Shown: positions 24,813 through 39,190, numbered from the stretch's first letter. The stretch is DNA of 64,000 nt from Eledone cirrhosa (GCA_964016885.1 OZ024740.1:48546001-48610000), one strand, 5' to 3'. Made by a program: numbers and translations. The notes: generated from the letters alone by a model not told the origin.

Positions 24813-27800
24813 CTAAATATAGACGGTGCTGCAAATTTTTTTGGGCCAGTGGACCCTACGACCTGAACGAGTCGTGGTCTTGTAACGTGGCGATGGTGGT
24901 GGTGTAGGGACAGGCGATGATGGTGGTTCAGGAACAGGCGTTCGCTCAACAGGCAAATACGAAGGGGTTCGTGGATCAGGAACCACAGCGTCCGTGTCAA
25001 GGTGTGCCTGCTTAAGCCTGTCTATTGTAACTGTCTCCCTGGACCCTTTAATATCTAAAGTGAAATGCTTAGCCGAGCGCGCTAAGACACGGTAAGGTCC
25101 AGTGTAAGGCTGTGTGAGCGGGGCTTCACAGAATCTTTCCTTACAAAGACATGCGTCCACGAGGCAACATCCCTCGAGACAGCAGACTTGACAGTTTGTT
25201 TCCTAGTGTCCATTGGCGGCAAATCCTGGAAATAGGAGCGCAAACGGGACACGTAGGAAGCGTGATCTTGGGCATCAAGATCGATAGGGGCAAGCATTTG
25301 CCCGGGCAACGTCAGAGGGGCACCGTACAGTACTTCGGCCGGTGAAAATCCAAAGTCGACCTTCACCGTTGACCGAATCCCTAATAGCACAATAGGGAGG
25401 TACTCGCTCCAATGCGCCGAGCCCATTGAGGCCATTAAGGAGGCCTTCAGTTTTCGGTGAAGACGCTCCACCATACCATTCGAAGCGGGATGGTACGCCG
25501 TAGTTCTGATGCGTTTAGCACCAATTAATTTTGACCGTTCGAGGAAAAGGCTCGACTCGAACTGTCGTCCACGGTCGGTAGTTACTGTGGATGGAACTCC
25601 ATAACAAGAGATCCATCCAGACACAAGAGCACGCGCTGTTGTCTCAGCGGTGATGTTTTTCAAGGGGATGGCTTCAGGCCATCTCGAAAAAACAGTCAAT
25701 TATGGTCAGCAGATAAGAGTAACCGTCGCTGACAGGCCAAGGTCCCACTATATCAATGTGAATGTGCGAAAAACGTGCATCTGGGTTAGTAAAGGTACCC
25801 AGGGGAGCCTTGACGTGTCGATGGACCTTTGATTTCTGGCAAGCGACGCAGGAACGGCACCAAGCAGCAATTTCACGCCTCATATTTGGCCAGAAAAATC
25901 TAGCTGATATGAGCTTTGCTGTGGCAGAAGATCCTGGATGCGAGAAACTATGTAATGCCAGAAACAAGGTCCGACGATGATTCTCTGGAACGAAGGGCCT
26001 AGGCACGTCCAAAGAGACGTCGCAGAGAATTTGGGCAACTGCAGTCGACAGAGGCAAGTATTTCATCTCGCAATTCGCAAACTCGGGCGATGTAACATCC
26101 AATGACTCAAGGGGAGGCTGATCCGCAGCCAAACGAGTCAGAGGGTGACGAGATCGCTGTCACGAGTAAGCGGGACAAAGCATCGGCCGCTGTATTTAGT
26201 GAACCCGGAATGTGTTGGATATCATTCGTATATTGCGAGATGAAATCAAGGTGTCTCGTCTGTCTGGGCGAGTATTTATCAGCCTTCGCTCTCAACGCAA
26301 AAGTCAATGGTTTATGGTCAGTGAGGATAGTAAATAGTCTACCCTCTAGCATATGTGAAAAATGTTTCACGGCCAAATAGATGACTGAAAGCTCTCTTCC
26401 AAAGGTGCTGTAGCGCGTCTCAGCAGGTTTCATTTTTCTGGAAAAGAACTCCAGCGGTTGCTGGTAACCATTGGTGTTTTGCTGTAGCACTGCGCCCACA
26501 GCGATATCCGATGCATCAACACAAAGCGTTAGCTTTGCACCGGGTACCGGGTGAGCCAGTAACGAAGCATTAGCCAAAGCAGTTTTGGCGTGCTGAAAAT
26601 CAGCAAGTTGAGTGTCTGTCAAAGAAATGTCTTTGTTCTTCTTCCGACAATTTTTTAAAATCTCTGTCAGGGAGAAAAGCAATCTTGCACAATTTGGCAC
26701 GAAACGCCTATAAAAGTTAATCAGGCCTAAGAACTGGCGTAACTGACGTAGTGAGGTCGGTGGAGGCAAATCCTCTATGACCTTAACTCGCTCAGGCCGG
26801 AGTCGAATACCGTCAGCATCGATGACGTGACCCAAGAAAGTCATTGACTCAGCACCAAAAACACATTTGGGTGCATTAATCTGCACGTTATACGTCTTCA
26901 ATCGGCGGAAAAGAAGATTCAAATGGTGCGTATGTTGTTCTTGAGAAGAACTAGCAATGAGCAGGTCGTCAATATACGTATAGACGAAATCGAGGTCACG
27001 AGTAACCTCATCCATAAACCGCTGAAACGTACCAGCGGCATTCCTTAATCCGAACGGCATGGTCAAAAACTCAAATGACCCAAATGGCGTAACTATAGCC
27101 GTTTTTGGAATGTCATTTTTATGGACAGGAATTTGATGGTACGCACGAATTAAATCCAGTTTGGAGAATATCTTGCATCCCTGCAACGAAGACGCAATGT
27201 CTTGCAGATGAGGGATAGGATAACGGTCCGGTTCCGTTATCGAATTTAAGCGTCGATAATCTCCAGGAGGTCTCCAATCACCAGTCGCTTTCGGTACCAT
27301 GTGTAATGGGGACGCCCACGGGCTCGTGGACGGACGAATAATCCCCAATTGCAGCATATGATCAAACTCTGATCGCGCTGCTTTGAGTTTGTCCGGAGGC
27401 AAGCGACGAGGACGAGAAAAAAACGGGAGCACCAGTTGTAGTTATGAAGTGCTCCGTGGTATGAGTTGGCTCATCAACTCGAAAATTTCCCTGAGTCAGT
27501 TGCGGGAACGAGTTCAACAACGCATGGTAAGTATCACCGGTGTTAGCAAGAAAAAAGGTCGGGCTAACTGTTGGAACTCCTGCTGCCTTGCCAACAACAG
27601 TTAAACCAGTGATGCCATCAATTAGGCGCTTACGACGGAGGTCCACCGTCAATGAAAAATGGTGGAGAAAATCCGCGCCTAGAATTGGATATGGCAAAGC
27701 AGCGACAGTAAATATCCATTTAAACTCACGTCGCAGATTACGGAACTGCAAAGGTAGCGAGATTTGTCCGAAGGTTCAAATCGGCGAACAATTTACTGCC

Positions 27801-27990
27801 TGCAACTCAATAGGTATCTCAGGGGGAGTTTCCTTCATACAACACACAGGCCATATTAAACAAACTGCACCTGTGTCAACCAGAAAGGCTCTACCTAATA
27901 GCAGGTCCTCAATAAAAAAGTGGCGGTTGGATGATGTTTTGCAGAGCGCACTATCCGCCGTTAGTGACTCTGGTCGTCGTTTCCCTTGTA
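24813..27990 (-). pseudogene. pol: Gypsy pol (protease, RT, RNase H, integrase), several frameshifts
   Basis: LVDTGA, ILGADF, SPWASP, YIDD, VDAS, TDHKPL, HHCC zinc finger, [23 protein letters not shown]. Confidence 0.93.
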
Positions 27991-28744
27991 AGCACAAGGA
28001 GGCCTAAAACGGGCGGCTTTGTCACCATATTTGTCATGGTAATAACAATATGTTTGATTTGATGTTTTGGAAAGGCTACGGTGGCGAGGAGTTGAATAAG
28101 ATCGTGAGCGGCTCCTCTGCCGTCCAAAAGACCTGAATTCCTGGCACAACTCCGCCATTTGACGAGTCATGGCTTCCATTGTTTTGACTAATTTCTCATC
28201 ACTCGCTGATGAGCGTGATTGAGGAAGAGAAGAGGAAGCAACGTACTTTGGCTTCGAAGTGTCTCTCTTCGTCACTTCTACAATTTTGTCAGCAGAGACA
28301 GCAATGTGGTCGAGGGTATTTACTTCTAGCATATGGGCTAGGATCGCCTGTACCTCTTGAGGTAGGCGAGAGAAGAACAATTGCTTCAGGAAAGGGCTAT
28401 CCTGATCTTGGGAATCACTCAATTCCCGCAAATGCCGGAGAAAAGCGGTAGGGGTCCTGTCACCTAGTCGTTCGTCCTCGATCAATGACCGAAAACGACT
28501 CTCTACCGACTTACAGTTCCTTCTCAGGATCTCGCCTTTTAAAGACTCATACGTTAAGTCAGAGGGGGGGGGGGGCGTCTGTAATTAGGTCTTGGACCGA
28601 ATCTGCTAAATTAGGGAGAAGTCCGCTAATCAAGACAGCGAGGCGCTGGTCAGACTCGGTCTTACAGACCGTAAAATACGCCTGTAGCTGGGCGAACCAC
28701 AGCTTAGGGTTTCCGGTAAAGGCGGGAAAATGTGGCGTATTCAT
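27961..28744 (-). pseudogene. gag: Gypsy gag (frameshifted)
   Basis: MNTPHFPAFTGNPKLWFAQL...LGDRTPTAFLRHL...CYYHDKYGDKA. Confidence 0.88.
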
Positions 28745-30262
28745 TGTGAAACGTTTAAAATATAATATATATATATATATATAAACAGCAATTAATGTTC
28801 CCTCGTACAGGGAAAAGCAAACACCCAAAATGGAAAAAAAATGAAAGATCAAAAAGAAACAGACATTCAAAACATTAGGAAATAGGAAAAATACATAAAA
28901 TACATATATATATTTTAAAAAAAAAATTTTCTTACAACGTCTGTCCCCTTGTGTTGCTTCAACGGGCAAGCCAAATCAAATAACCCCGTGAAAAAGAGAA
29001 AAAAAAAATGTTTGTTTTAGCCTGTGGCTAAAAATCCCTTAGGAAAAAAGTAAGGCATGTGTATCCCCTGCGGGGCAGTAATGTTCATAAAAAAGTCTTT
29101 TTCCCTTGATCAAATATGGAACACACACACGCAATTCAAAATGTCCCTGTCCTGGCGGAAAATTACAAAACGGGGAAGGAAAGCAACGCCATCTTTGAAA
29201 AATTTTTTGGCTGGTTTGTATACCTTGTCAATACAGTATAAACACTTTATTATTTCTCTGTCCTTTCCTTTTTTCTTGTATTTTTGTAAGTTGCGAAAAG
29301 GTTGGCAACGTGGTAATAACAGAGAAGTTCAACTGAATAAAAAGGCTGCGTAAAATTCTTACGTCGGTCACCAGTGTGGTAAAATGGATATATCCTAGTT
29401 GGATTGTTTATCGACATAGACGTGAGGGAAGGTCCCTCGTCTATTTACCATTTTTTGTAAGTGAGAATTATAACAAGTGAGTGGGTGTGTGCGTAAACAA
29501 GACAATAACCACAACGAGAGTTATATTCAACAAATGTAAATAATGGTGATGTTTATTTTGTTTATATGTGTTTATTATATTACAAATGAAACATACCAAA
29601 TATATACGTGATCCAGATGTGGTGAAGGGAAGTATTACAATTACAAAGGTATTGTGGTGTTTGCTGTTCCCGATGGCTGTTTATCGTTTCGTGGTTCAGA
29701 GGCTGTTTTCTGTGGCGTGTATACCGTCTGCTTTCCCGTGGCTGTCTCTCTGCTTACCTCGGTGTTCTCCACCAGGGGGAGACAACTAGGCCTGGTCCAT
29801 TATCCGCCAGGGGGCGTGAGGCGTCTTACTACAGTGGCATGGGACTGCTGCTTGCAGCCTTAAGTAGTGGTGACACTGAAGTGATTTTGTTTGTCTCTGC
29901 ATCATTTCTGGTTATCCTCAAAGTTTTGATTAGTTGTGTTGTGTTGAGCTAGTAGCGTAGTTATGGTCATCTATTCTCAAACTCTTTTCGTTTTTGCTCT
30001 TCTGCTGTCTCACATTTTATTCATTTCAGTTATAATTGGCTAAAGCGGGAATGTAATTTATGTATAAAATAAAAGAACATTACAAATCGTTTACAATTCT
30101 TTCAGAATGAAAATATAAACAGAGCATATAAATAAATTTACAGTACAATAACATAACAAATATGTTTTAAATATATACATAAATAACATTACAAATGCTT
30201 AGACAACATTATAAATAGTTCGCGATTCTTTCAGAAAGATATATTGTTTTAATGTTACAATA

Positions 30263-30752
30263 TTAAAGAAAATGTAAAGGAAGGGATGAACAACCGAGTC
30301 AACACCAGAGCAAAAAACAGCGGCGAGGGGTACTGGGAAACCTCTCTAATGATTTTTGAGGCAAGCCAGCACACTCGCAGAGTTGCCTCGGGTGATGGCG
30401 AGGCTAATGCGCTGGAACAACCAAGCGTCCTCGCGAGATTCGCCAGTTACTTCTATTAGGCGAGCCGCAAGTGAAGAGAGGAACCTCGCAGTCAGCGGCC
30501 CGACTCCCCCAAACGTCTCGAAAGCCACAGGCTGAAAAATGTAGCTGGCCGACAGATCAGAGTATTTGAGGGTCTTACTCCGCTCTGCTGCAGAAGCTGT
30601 GGCTCTCGTCCTAACCGCAACATCCAGAATGTGGGAAAACGCAAAGATTCACTAACAGTAATGTCCCAGACAAGGCACCTGCCTCTCGACCAGGGGCACA
30701 GAGTAAGGTCGTCAGGTCTTTTGCCGTCACTTCTGGACAACCCAGATGGTTC
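30263..30752 (-). mobile_element. CRE 3' fragment, same family as 1090-4470
   Basis: Reverse complement closely matches 3975-4470, including the 3' UTR. Confidence 0.9.
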
Positions 30753-32396
30753 TAAATTGTTGCTCTTGTAGCGAGACAGGATAGAACTATTTTATCGCTG
30801 TGGCGTAATTTGGGTCAGTCGCCAGCCCTGTAAGGTTGCTGACGTATGAATACCAATGACCATTTCCGACCAGCAGTAGAACGCGCCTTTTGCAAAACTA
30901 ACCAATTGCACGTTGGACACCGGTAGTGCAACAGGTTTTAACTAGCTTTACCAGTTTTTGATTTCCCTCTCTAACATTGAGAGCAGTTCTTTAGATGGCT
31001 TTTCATGTATTTACTATTTATCCGTTCGCCTTTGTTTTACCAATATTTCAATCCCTGACAATAGGTAAGGGTAAATTAGAGCCTGTCTCACTGCATTTTT
31101 TAACATACTAAAAAAAAAAACATTCGTTTCGCTGGAATATATACACAAAAACTCTTGTTGCATACATTTTTGTAACGTGTATAAAACAATCAAAAGAATA
31201 AATTATTTTTATATAAAAAAAACTATGCTTTCTGATCCATAATTTTCGATACATTGGAACACTTCTCATACCTCTCCATCTTCCTAAAATATCAATCGTG
31301 CTAAAGGTGATAACGACCCACTAAAGTGGTGATTCTCCGACGTCGGAATATTTCTTTTGGAAATATTCCCTTAAAAAAAAAAGAAGAATTTTTCGTAGTA
31401 GGATTGTGCTCAAGAGAGGAAGATTGGAATTTACGCTGACCACATGTGAAGATTTTCAATATGGCTACCCGTCTTGCTGGTTTTTCTTCTTGCTGTGGGA
31501 CGCTCTGGAACCAAACGCCCAGGCTGCGTTTCGCTCACCGCCATTGGTGAAAATTTTAATCCTGCTTTGCTTTCGAAAGGAAAATGAAACAAGTCGCTTA
31601 GGATATTCTTTTTGTTGGACTGGTCGATTCTTTGCCTTGAGGACCTTGCTCGCCTGTTTTTTTTTATTCTATACTGACCGCATCTCTTTGCAAGTATGAA
31701 TCACTATTCGCTACCAGCGTTCATTGGTGATGTAAAGTGTGGTTTGCACAAATGGAGTCATACTTTAGAGTAAACAGTATTACTTCAGAGAAACAACAAT
31801 TACACATTTTACTGAGTACCATTCCTTCATCCTTGACAGCTACCCTAAAGGATTTAATTACAGACACTCCTACAGACGCCTCTTATTTTTCATTAAAAGC
31901 TGAAATTCTCCGTCGGATGTCTCTTTCTGCTGAGAAACGTTTCCGCACGTTGGTACATCATGAGCCAAGACTCCGGCCCAACTACTGAGTAGAATGAAGG
32001 AGCTTGCTGAAGCAGTTATTTATTCTTCTCGCGTTTGCCTTCAAATGTACAGGCCATTTTTGCCCCGATGATGGAGGTCAGTAGCGTTGACCAGTTGGCT
32101 TCTTCAGCTGACAAAATTGTGGAATATTCTAGTAACAGAAGTAACGACGGACTTGCTACTGTTTCTTCTTCTGCAACAGTGGCGGCTGTTACTCCCGAAC
32201 TTAATTCAGCCACTTTACATGCTATCCTGGATTTAACGAAGTGAGTGAAGAAGTTATATGCTGCTCGGGATTCTCACCAACGTCGACTACGGTCATTCAG
32301 TCATTCATCTTCACCCAGACGACGTTCCTTTTCTCTTGCTTCTAATATTTGTTGGTACCATGAGCGTTTTGCAGAGAAAGCTCATAAATGTATTAA

Positions 32397-32617
32397 CCCT
32401 TTTGCATTTACATTACTCTATATATACTATTGTATTTTCATGGTAAAGGCTTTATCTCACATAATTATCTTACATAATATCGAATCTATGAGATTTCAAT
32501 GTTATTTATTTTGAGAACAATACCTTAATATCAGTATTAGTGGCCAGTTACAACCGGTTTGAACAGAAAGAGGTGAGAGAATTCTGGCCGGATATGGCCG
32601 GTTTAAATGCTAAAGAG
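32397..32617. mobile_element. piggyBac-type MITE inserted in the gag Zn knuckle
   Basis: TTAA on both sides; TIR cccttttgcattt / aaatgctaaagag. Removing it restores ...AHKCIKPC. Confidence 0.85.
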
Positions 32618-33603
32618 TTAAACCGTGTTCTTATGTCAATCCAGGAAACGCAAGCGCGAGACACTGAGCACGACAGCTGAGCCCAGTACATATCGTCCTA
32701 ATCGTGCATTTTTCATTGAAAATTTCTTATCACGCAAACTTTTCCTCGTGGATTCTGGTGCTTCTTGCAGTATTTGGCCTGCGAAGTTCCTTAAGGATAC
32801 ACCTCTTCTTTCTCCAATTACCCTGCAGGCGGTGAACCATTGACCTATACAAACATTTGGTCAGATCTCGCTTTCTTTGGATTTAAATTTACGACGTGAC
32901 TTTAAATGGATATTCGCCATAGCTGAACTTCCGTATCCAATCCTGGGAGCGGATTTTCTCTACCACTACTCGTCGTAAACGACCTCTTTTGGATAGTACT
33001 ACTGACCTTTCAATTGGTGGCATGAATTCCAGTACTCCATTAGTTAGCCCGACGTTCTTCATCGCTGCTGCGGGAGATGTATATCATTCGCTTTGGGACT
33101 TTTTCCGGGAGCTTACTAACTTAAATTTTCAAGTGAGTAATCCTGCTCACTCTACAAAGCATTTCATTTCTCGTCCTCCGGACAGACTCAAGGCGGCAAA
33201 GGTTGAGTTTGATCAGATATTACAACTAGGAATTATTCGTCCATCCACCAGTCCATGGGCCTCTCCGCTGCATATGGTCCCCAAGGGCTCTGGAGATTGG
33301 CGACCTACGGGAGATTTTAGAAGACTAAACGCAATGACGGTTCCGAATAGATACCCTATTCCTCATCTCCAGGATTTTTCTTCTTCTTTACACGGATGTA
33401 CGGTATTTTCTAAGTTTGACCTTGTGAAAACAGCAATAGCGGCACCCTTCGGCTCCTTTGAATTTTTAACAATGCCATTTGGCCTCAGAAATGCCGCTAG
33501 CACATTTCAGCGATTCATAGACGAGTTCAATCGTGGTCTGGACTTCGTCTATGCATATATTGATGACCTGGTGATTGCCAGTTCTTCCACTGAAAAACAT
33601 ATT

Positions 33604-34139
33604 TGTAGCGGATATATGTATCAGAGAAAACGAGTTAGTAGAAGTTGTGTTGTATCTTACAGATACAACATGACAGGAAGAATAGTGTGTAGAATGTAAA
33701 CAATAGGAACTTACTGTGTGTGTGTGTGCCTATTCTTAGAATATATTCTTCGTCTCAAGGATGCTGCTTCATGCCTGGCTGTGTTTGTGGTCGATAAGGT
33801 GGAAGCTAGTAAGGACCAAGAGAGAGATAGAGTGAAAAGTCTTCTGAACCTTAAAACGGACTGCTTGCTTCGGTCCCTCTGGCTTTAGATTCCTTAACTC
33901 CTTGTATTTATAATAGTGCTATGGATAGAAGGATGTGTATATGAGGTTGATATATGATCAGCCATGTGGATATTGTTTCCCAAGAAGCTGGGATCACAGG
34001 TCAAGTGGAATGTACGTTTATCATCGTTGTCTTGACAGGACAATGGTGGGAACCTCCAATAATAGATGGTCCCAGAGGCGAGAAACCTCAGATTCGGTTT
34101 CGAATCTTCGCCGGTAAAACATAGGAGTATTCCTTTATA
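33604..34139. mobile_element. Solo LTR inserted in the Gypsy RT
   Basis: TGTA...TATA with TSD TATT. Removing it restores TEKHIHHLKLLFQRL. Confidence 0.8.
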
Positions 34140-34644
34140 TATTCATCATTTAAAGCTGCTTTTCCAGCGCCTTCAGGATTTCCAAGTGCGTGTTAACCCT
34201 GCTAAATGTGTTTTGGGCTCATCTTCCCTTGTTTTTCTTGGTGATATTAATGATAAAGAAGGTATTCGACCTCTTCCGGAAAAAGTGTAGGCCATTGAAG
34301 ACCTACCTCCTCCTTCTTTCCTTCGTCAGTTGCGCCATTTCCTCTGTTTGCTAAATTGTTATTCCTCACTGTTTCTGAACTTTTATCTCCTCTTACTGAA
34401 CTGTTAAGAAATCGTCGTAAGAAGAATGAAGATATTGCTTTGACTGCGACACAGTTGGAAGTTTTTAACTCTGCGAAAAATGAGCTTACTAAAACGTCTC
34501 TTCTATCGCACCCTGTCTCCGATGCAAAGCTTTCGCTTGTACAAGAGGCATCGGACACAGCAGTTGATGCCGTTTTACATCAGTTTTATTCAGGACACCT
34601 GCAACCTCCGGACACTGAAGCCTGCTGAGACGCGGTACAGCACT

Positions 34645-35275
34645 GATAGTAAATTTTATTTTAATTCATTAGTAGAGAAAAGCAATGAAGAATGACATGA
34701 TGCTGAATGAAAACAAAAGCAATATATACAAACACACACACACAGACCCAGGCACCACTGAGGGGTTTGGAGGCCGCACGAAAACAGGCAAGGCGGTATT
34801 GGTCGAGCTGGCGCGTGAGACTGTCTGAGGCCAGGCTGCACTGGATGGCATCCCAAGTGCTTTGGAGGGACTTGACGTCATCGGGGGGGAGAAGGAGGAG
34901 GGACGTCTACTGGTCTGAGTCCCAGCCGGTCCCACGTCTCACAGGCGGCCTCACGTTCTCTGAACACAGAGGGTTCTATTGTGTTTTGGAGAACCCTGCT
35001 GACGAGGACGCGGCACGAGGTTACCGACGAAAGATACGCCGGCAAAGCCAGTGAGATCGCGGACCGGAGGCCAAGGCCGCCATACCTGACAGGTAAAGTG
35101 GCCTGTTGCCATCCAATGACGTCAAACTTGACGTTAAATATCTCCTCGGCTGCTTCTCGGATACAAGTATCAAGGTCAGTGAGGAGAGATGTATGAGTGT
35201 AGCACGGAGCGCTGCGAAGGGTATAGAGTCTGGAGTTGTTGAAGTCTGGACCTGATGGTGGAGCGGATGGCCAGT
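34645..35275 (-). mobile_element. CRE-derived insertion in the Gypsy RNase H
   Basis: Reverse complement matches 23260-23760; interrupts RYST|..ELLAIY. Confidence 0.8.
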
Positions 35276-36684
35276 TGTGAATTACTGGCTATCTACCTTT
35301 CTGTTAAAAATTTTCAACACCTCCTCGAGGGAAGAAACTTTACTGTATATATTGACCATAAGCCTCTTACTTTTACTTTGAGATCAAAATCTGAAAAATA
35401 TTCGCCAAGGGAGACGAGTCATCTCGATTTCGTTTCTCAGTTTACTAGCGACATTCAACATATTTCTGGTTCTCAAAACACCGCGGCAGATGCATTATCC
35501 CGGCTGCCTATTAATGCAATATCATCATCTCAGTAAAGTGATCTGAATCTCTTACCCTCAGACTAGCCTCCTCTGGACTAACTGGACTCACTGGACATGT
35601 CATCCTCTGAATTTGAGATTTGTAAATTCAAGTACCCGCCCTTACTGACTGCGGACATGCACATTCTCTGTGACGTATCTACTGATTCACCTCGTCCCTT
35701 TGTTCCCGAGACTCATCGACGAATTGTTTTCGACACTGAACACAACCTTTCACACCCTGCAGCCTCGGCCTCAGTAAAGCGCATAACGGCTAGATTTTTC
35801 TGGCCAAATGTGAGACACGATATTACAGCATGGTCTCCTGTGCCAGAAGTCAAAGGTACATAAACACATCCGCGCACCACTCGGTACCATCAGTACACCT
35901 GATACACGTTTCCGGCACATCATATTGATCTCGTGGGACCTTGACGTGTCAGTCGTGGATATTCGTACATCCTGACCTGCATCGACCGTTTCACCCGGTG
36001 GCCTGAAGCCATTCCGCTAAGTGATATTACTGCTGAATCCGTACCTTATTTTTTTGTTTTGCATTTTTCATTCTTACACGCATTCATGTTGTTTTCTTTT
36101 CCCTGTATGCGATCACTTGTTGACTTTTCTTGGCATGCACCTAATATATTTCAATTGTTATTTCTCTTTCAACTTTTCAGGACGGTTTTTCTGAGTGTTT
36201 ACGCTTGTAAATATTCTGTATTTGTTGGTTAATTTTTTTTGCAACGTGCATATATACATTGCACCACATTTTTGCAACATTATTGAGTAGTTTTTATCAT
36301 GTCTGTGCCTTTTCATCTCTTTGCCCGACACTTTGTACATCGGATGTTAATTCATATTCTCTGCGCCCTTGTCAGACGCAACTTGCCTCTATTGGACCCC
36401 TGGTCAGTCATGTAATTAATAAGTTGCCTGTCTTTGACAACGCGTCAATATGTCACATTGTCGTCCTTGCTAACATAAGCAAATGCTTACGACATTAGTG
36501 CTAGGCACATCTAACCTCAACCTTTTCTTTCATGGCTACTACTGACTCACATTACACATTCACCAACACAGATGTTTTCTATAATTTTGAACTTTGTTTC
36601 ATTTTGCTGTTCCTGAAATATTTACTAACAGTTCACAAACATTTATTTACAATAGGTTATAACTTTTCCTATTAATCCGTATGG

Positions 36685-37363
36685 TGAGCAAATGGGGTCC
36701 CACGTGCTGGCCTCCCCACAGCTCCGGCGGACAGAATGGAGGAAGCGTTTCCCCGGGGGATGGTAAGAGATATGCGCTGGAAGAGCCATTCCAACTCGTG
36801 AAGCTCACACCTGCGGCTGGTTAGCTCAGCGCCTATGGTGGTGAATAGGGAGGTAGCTCAAGGGCCAAGGACACCAGAAGTTTCCACTGCCAAGGGCACG
36901 ACCGCGAACTTGTCGGAGAGCGACCGGTACTTGGAGAGTTTGACCTGGAGTCCCTGGATGTCGGTTCCGGTGGGCAGCTATTGAAGAACTGCGTGGTTGC
37001 ATGTCCGGCCCACTCACAGCCATCGGACACGCCGACACCCAGTTGCACCGGACTGAACTCCTCACCCAGCTCAGGTGTTATGGACCTGCAGACCACCTTA
37101 GCAGCTAGCCTCCGGAAGACATTGCCCACAGCAATGGGGCGTATGCCACCCTCTTTCTTCCTGAGAGCAGTCAAGCTATCCGAAAAAAAGAGGCCTCGGG
37201 CGTGACGATCCAGGGCGCCATGGATAAGCCTATTGGCAAGTGCCACAATAGCACTCAGAAGGTGGCACGGCCTCAGCGGAGAGGGGGGGGGGGATCGCAA
37301 CTCCTTGAGGTGGCCTGGTCGGAGATCATCAGCACCTCCGCTGCTGCTATCTGGGAAGGACAA
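36685..37363 (-). mobile_element. Internally deleted CRE fragment
   Basis: GIRPIAVGNVFRRLAAK, QLGVGVSDGCE, fused to the CRE C-terminus. Confidence 0.85.
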
Positions 37364-38020
37364 AACAGTTACATAGTGTTTTGTCTTTTCTTACACGCTT
37401 GAGAACATGTTCTTTGCGTAAATATATTTGCTTTTGCTTCTGCAGAGGGGTAAATGTAGCGAGATAGGATAGTACTATTTTTTTGCTGTGGCGTAATTTG
37501 GTCGTGCTTGGTCAGTCGCCAGCCCTGTAAGGTTGGTGACGTATGAATGACGTATGACCAATGACCATTTCCGACCAGCAGTAAAACGCGCCTTTTAAAA
37601 AACTAACCAGTTGCACGTTGGACACTGGTAGTGTAACAGGTCTTAACTAGCTTTCCCAATATTTTGATTTTCCTCTCTAACTCTGAGAGCAGTTCTTTAG
37701 ATGTCTTTTCAGGGATTTGTTATTTATCCGTTCGTCTTTGTTTTACCAATATTCCAATCCCTGACAATAGGTAAGGGTAAATTAAAGCCTGTCTGACTGC
37801 ATTTTTTTACCTACTAAAAATAAAACATTCGTTTCGCTGACATCTACACTAAAAAAAAAAAACTCTTGCTGCATACATTTTTGTAACATGTTCAAACAAT
37901 CAAAAGAATAAATTATTTTTATATAGAAAAAAAACTATGCCTTCTCATCTATAATTTTTGATACTTTGGAACACTTCTCATACCTCTCCATCTGCCGATA
38001 GTGGCAATCTTGCTAAAGGT

Positions 38021-38206
38021 AATAATTGTTTCTACTTTAGGCACAAGGCCAGCAATTACCCAGTGCATTACTGGTACTTTATTTTATCGACCCCGTAAGG
38101 ATGAAAGGCAAAGCCAACCTCGGCGGGATTTGAACTCAGATCGTAAAGGGACGTAACTATGCTGGAAAGCATGGCGTCCGACCCTCTACTGATACTGCCA
38201 ATCCAC
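38021..38206 (-). mobile_element. Full-length tRNA-derived SINE inside the Gypsy 3' LTR
   Basis: Conserved core; absent from the 5' LTR; aataat duplicated at the ends. Confidence 0.88.
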
Positions 38207-38799
38207 AATAATGACCCACTAAACTCTTCCCTTTCTAGGTAGATGATCCTTAAATAATTGAGGCTCCTACGCGGGTGGCAAGTAGGTTATCTACTCTGTA
38301 CTATTTATTGACATCTCTGCTCCTACTATTGGGTATAACTCCCAGAAAGCTTTGTGGTTTTCGGAGTTTATTTGAACCTGGATGTTTATGCGGACTCCAC
38401 CCAATCACATGTTATTGTGAGTCATCTCACTTACAACCTGCCAATACTGTGCCGTCAAAGTGATTATAGTCCAAGGACCCACCATCCCGTGAGTAGGCGC
38501 GTACGCACGAGAATGCTTGTTTTCTCAGTTTTATATAATAGGCACACATTTCTATACATACTGCCCGTGTCGAGGGAGAATATATCTTTCCCTAATTTAC
38601 CTGCCTAGTACTCAAACTTAATCTTTTGTTTGATCCAGGACTGTAGTTTCGTTAAAGAAACGAATTACAGGGAAATATACCTCACAAAATGCGCCTACAC
38701 TTTTTTCGTTCTCTGGAATTTCTGCAGAGGTCATCATCCACGTCATACTGAACCTTCTTCATAGAACATGTTGACAGCAGCTGAACTGTGGAATGCATC

Positions 38800-39190
38800 T
38801 TTTCCACAAAAAGTTAATGAGCAGCTCCAATTTAGGTAAGAGTGGTTTGGAACAAGGCATGACAATTAGGCGGTAAGAAATAAGTTTTGCCTTTGCCACC
38901 TCTGCTTGACTATTCAGAGATAACTTCATCTCATCCTATTTCTGGGTGAGTGTGACCACCATGCTTGTAACCTCATTCTAGTTGCTGTCCACCTCGAGTT
39001 CTGGTTCAAACACCACCCCAAACTCCTTAACAGGACTGTCAACCCATCAACATACAGCGCTGGCCTCTGTCGACTTGCCTCTCAAGATGCCGAGCTGCAA
39101 GCTCACCGACTTGTTCTGGTTAATGTATGCGCCTGTTACAACTTCGTACACTATGATGTTCGTCAGCATGACACAGTCATCGCACGGTGT
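38800..39190 (-). mobile_element. L1/Tx1 RT remnant
   Basis: YEVVTGAYINQNKSVSLQLG..RG and PVKEFGVVF. Further decayed pieces may extend to ~41200. Confidence 0.55.

Larger units (their letters stand above)
24156..29833 (-). mobile_element. Ty3/Gypsy LTR retrotransposon, full-length
   Basis: LTRs 24156-24594 and 29375-29833 (TG...CA); TSD GTGG at 24152-24155 and 29834-29837; PBS tggtgaccgacgt at 29361-29373; PPT at ~24595-24615; domain order gag-PR-RT-RH-IN. Confidence 0.96.
30767..38223 (+). mobile_element. Degenerate Ty3/Gypsy LTR retrotransposon with nested insertions
   Basis: LTRs 30767-31325 and 37455-38223; TSD CTCT at 30763-30766 and 38224-38227; PBS tggtga at 31327; PPT gcagagggg at ~37442; gag from ~31696; pol remnants 32640-36040 (LVDSGAS, YIDD, IDHKPL). 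Confidence 0.9.
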
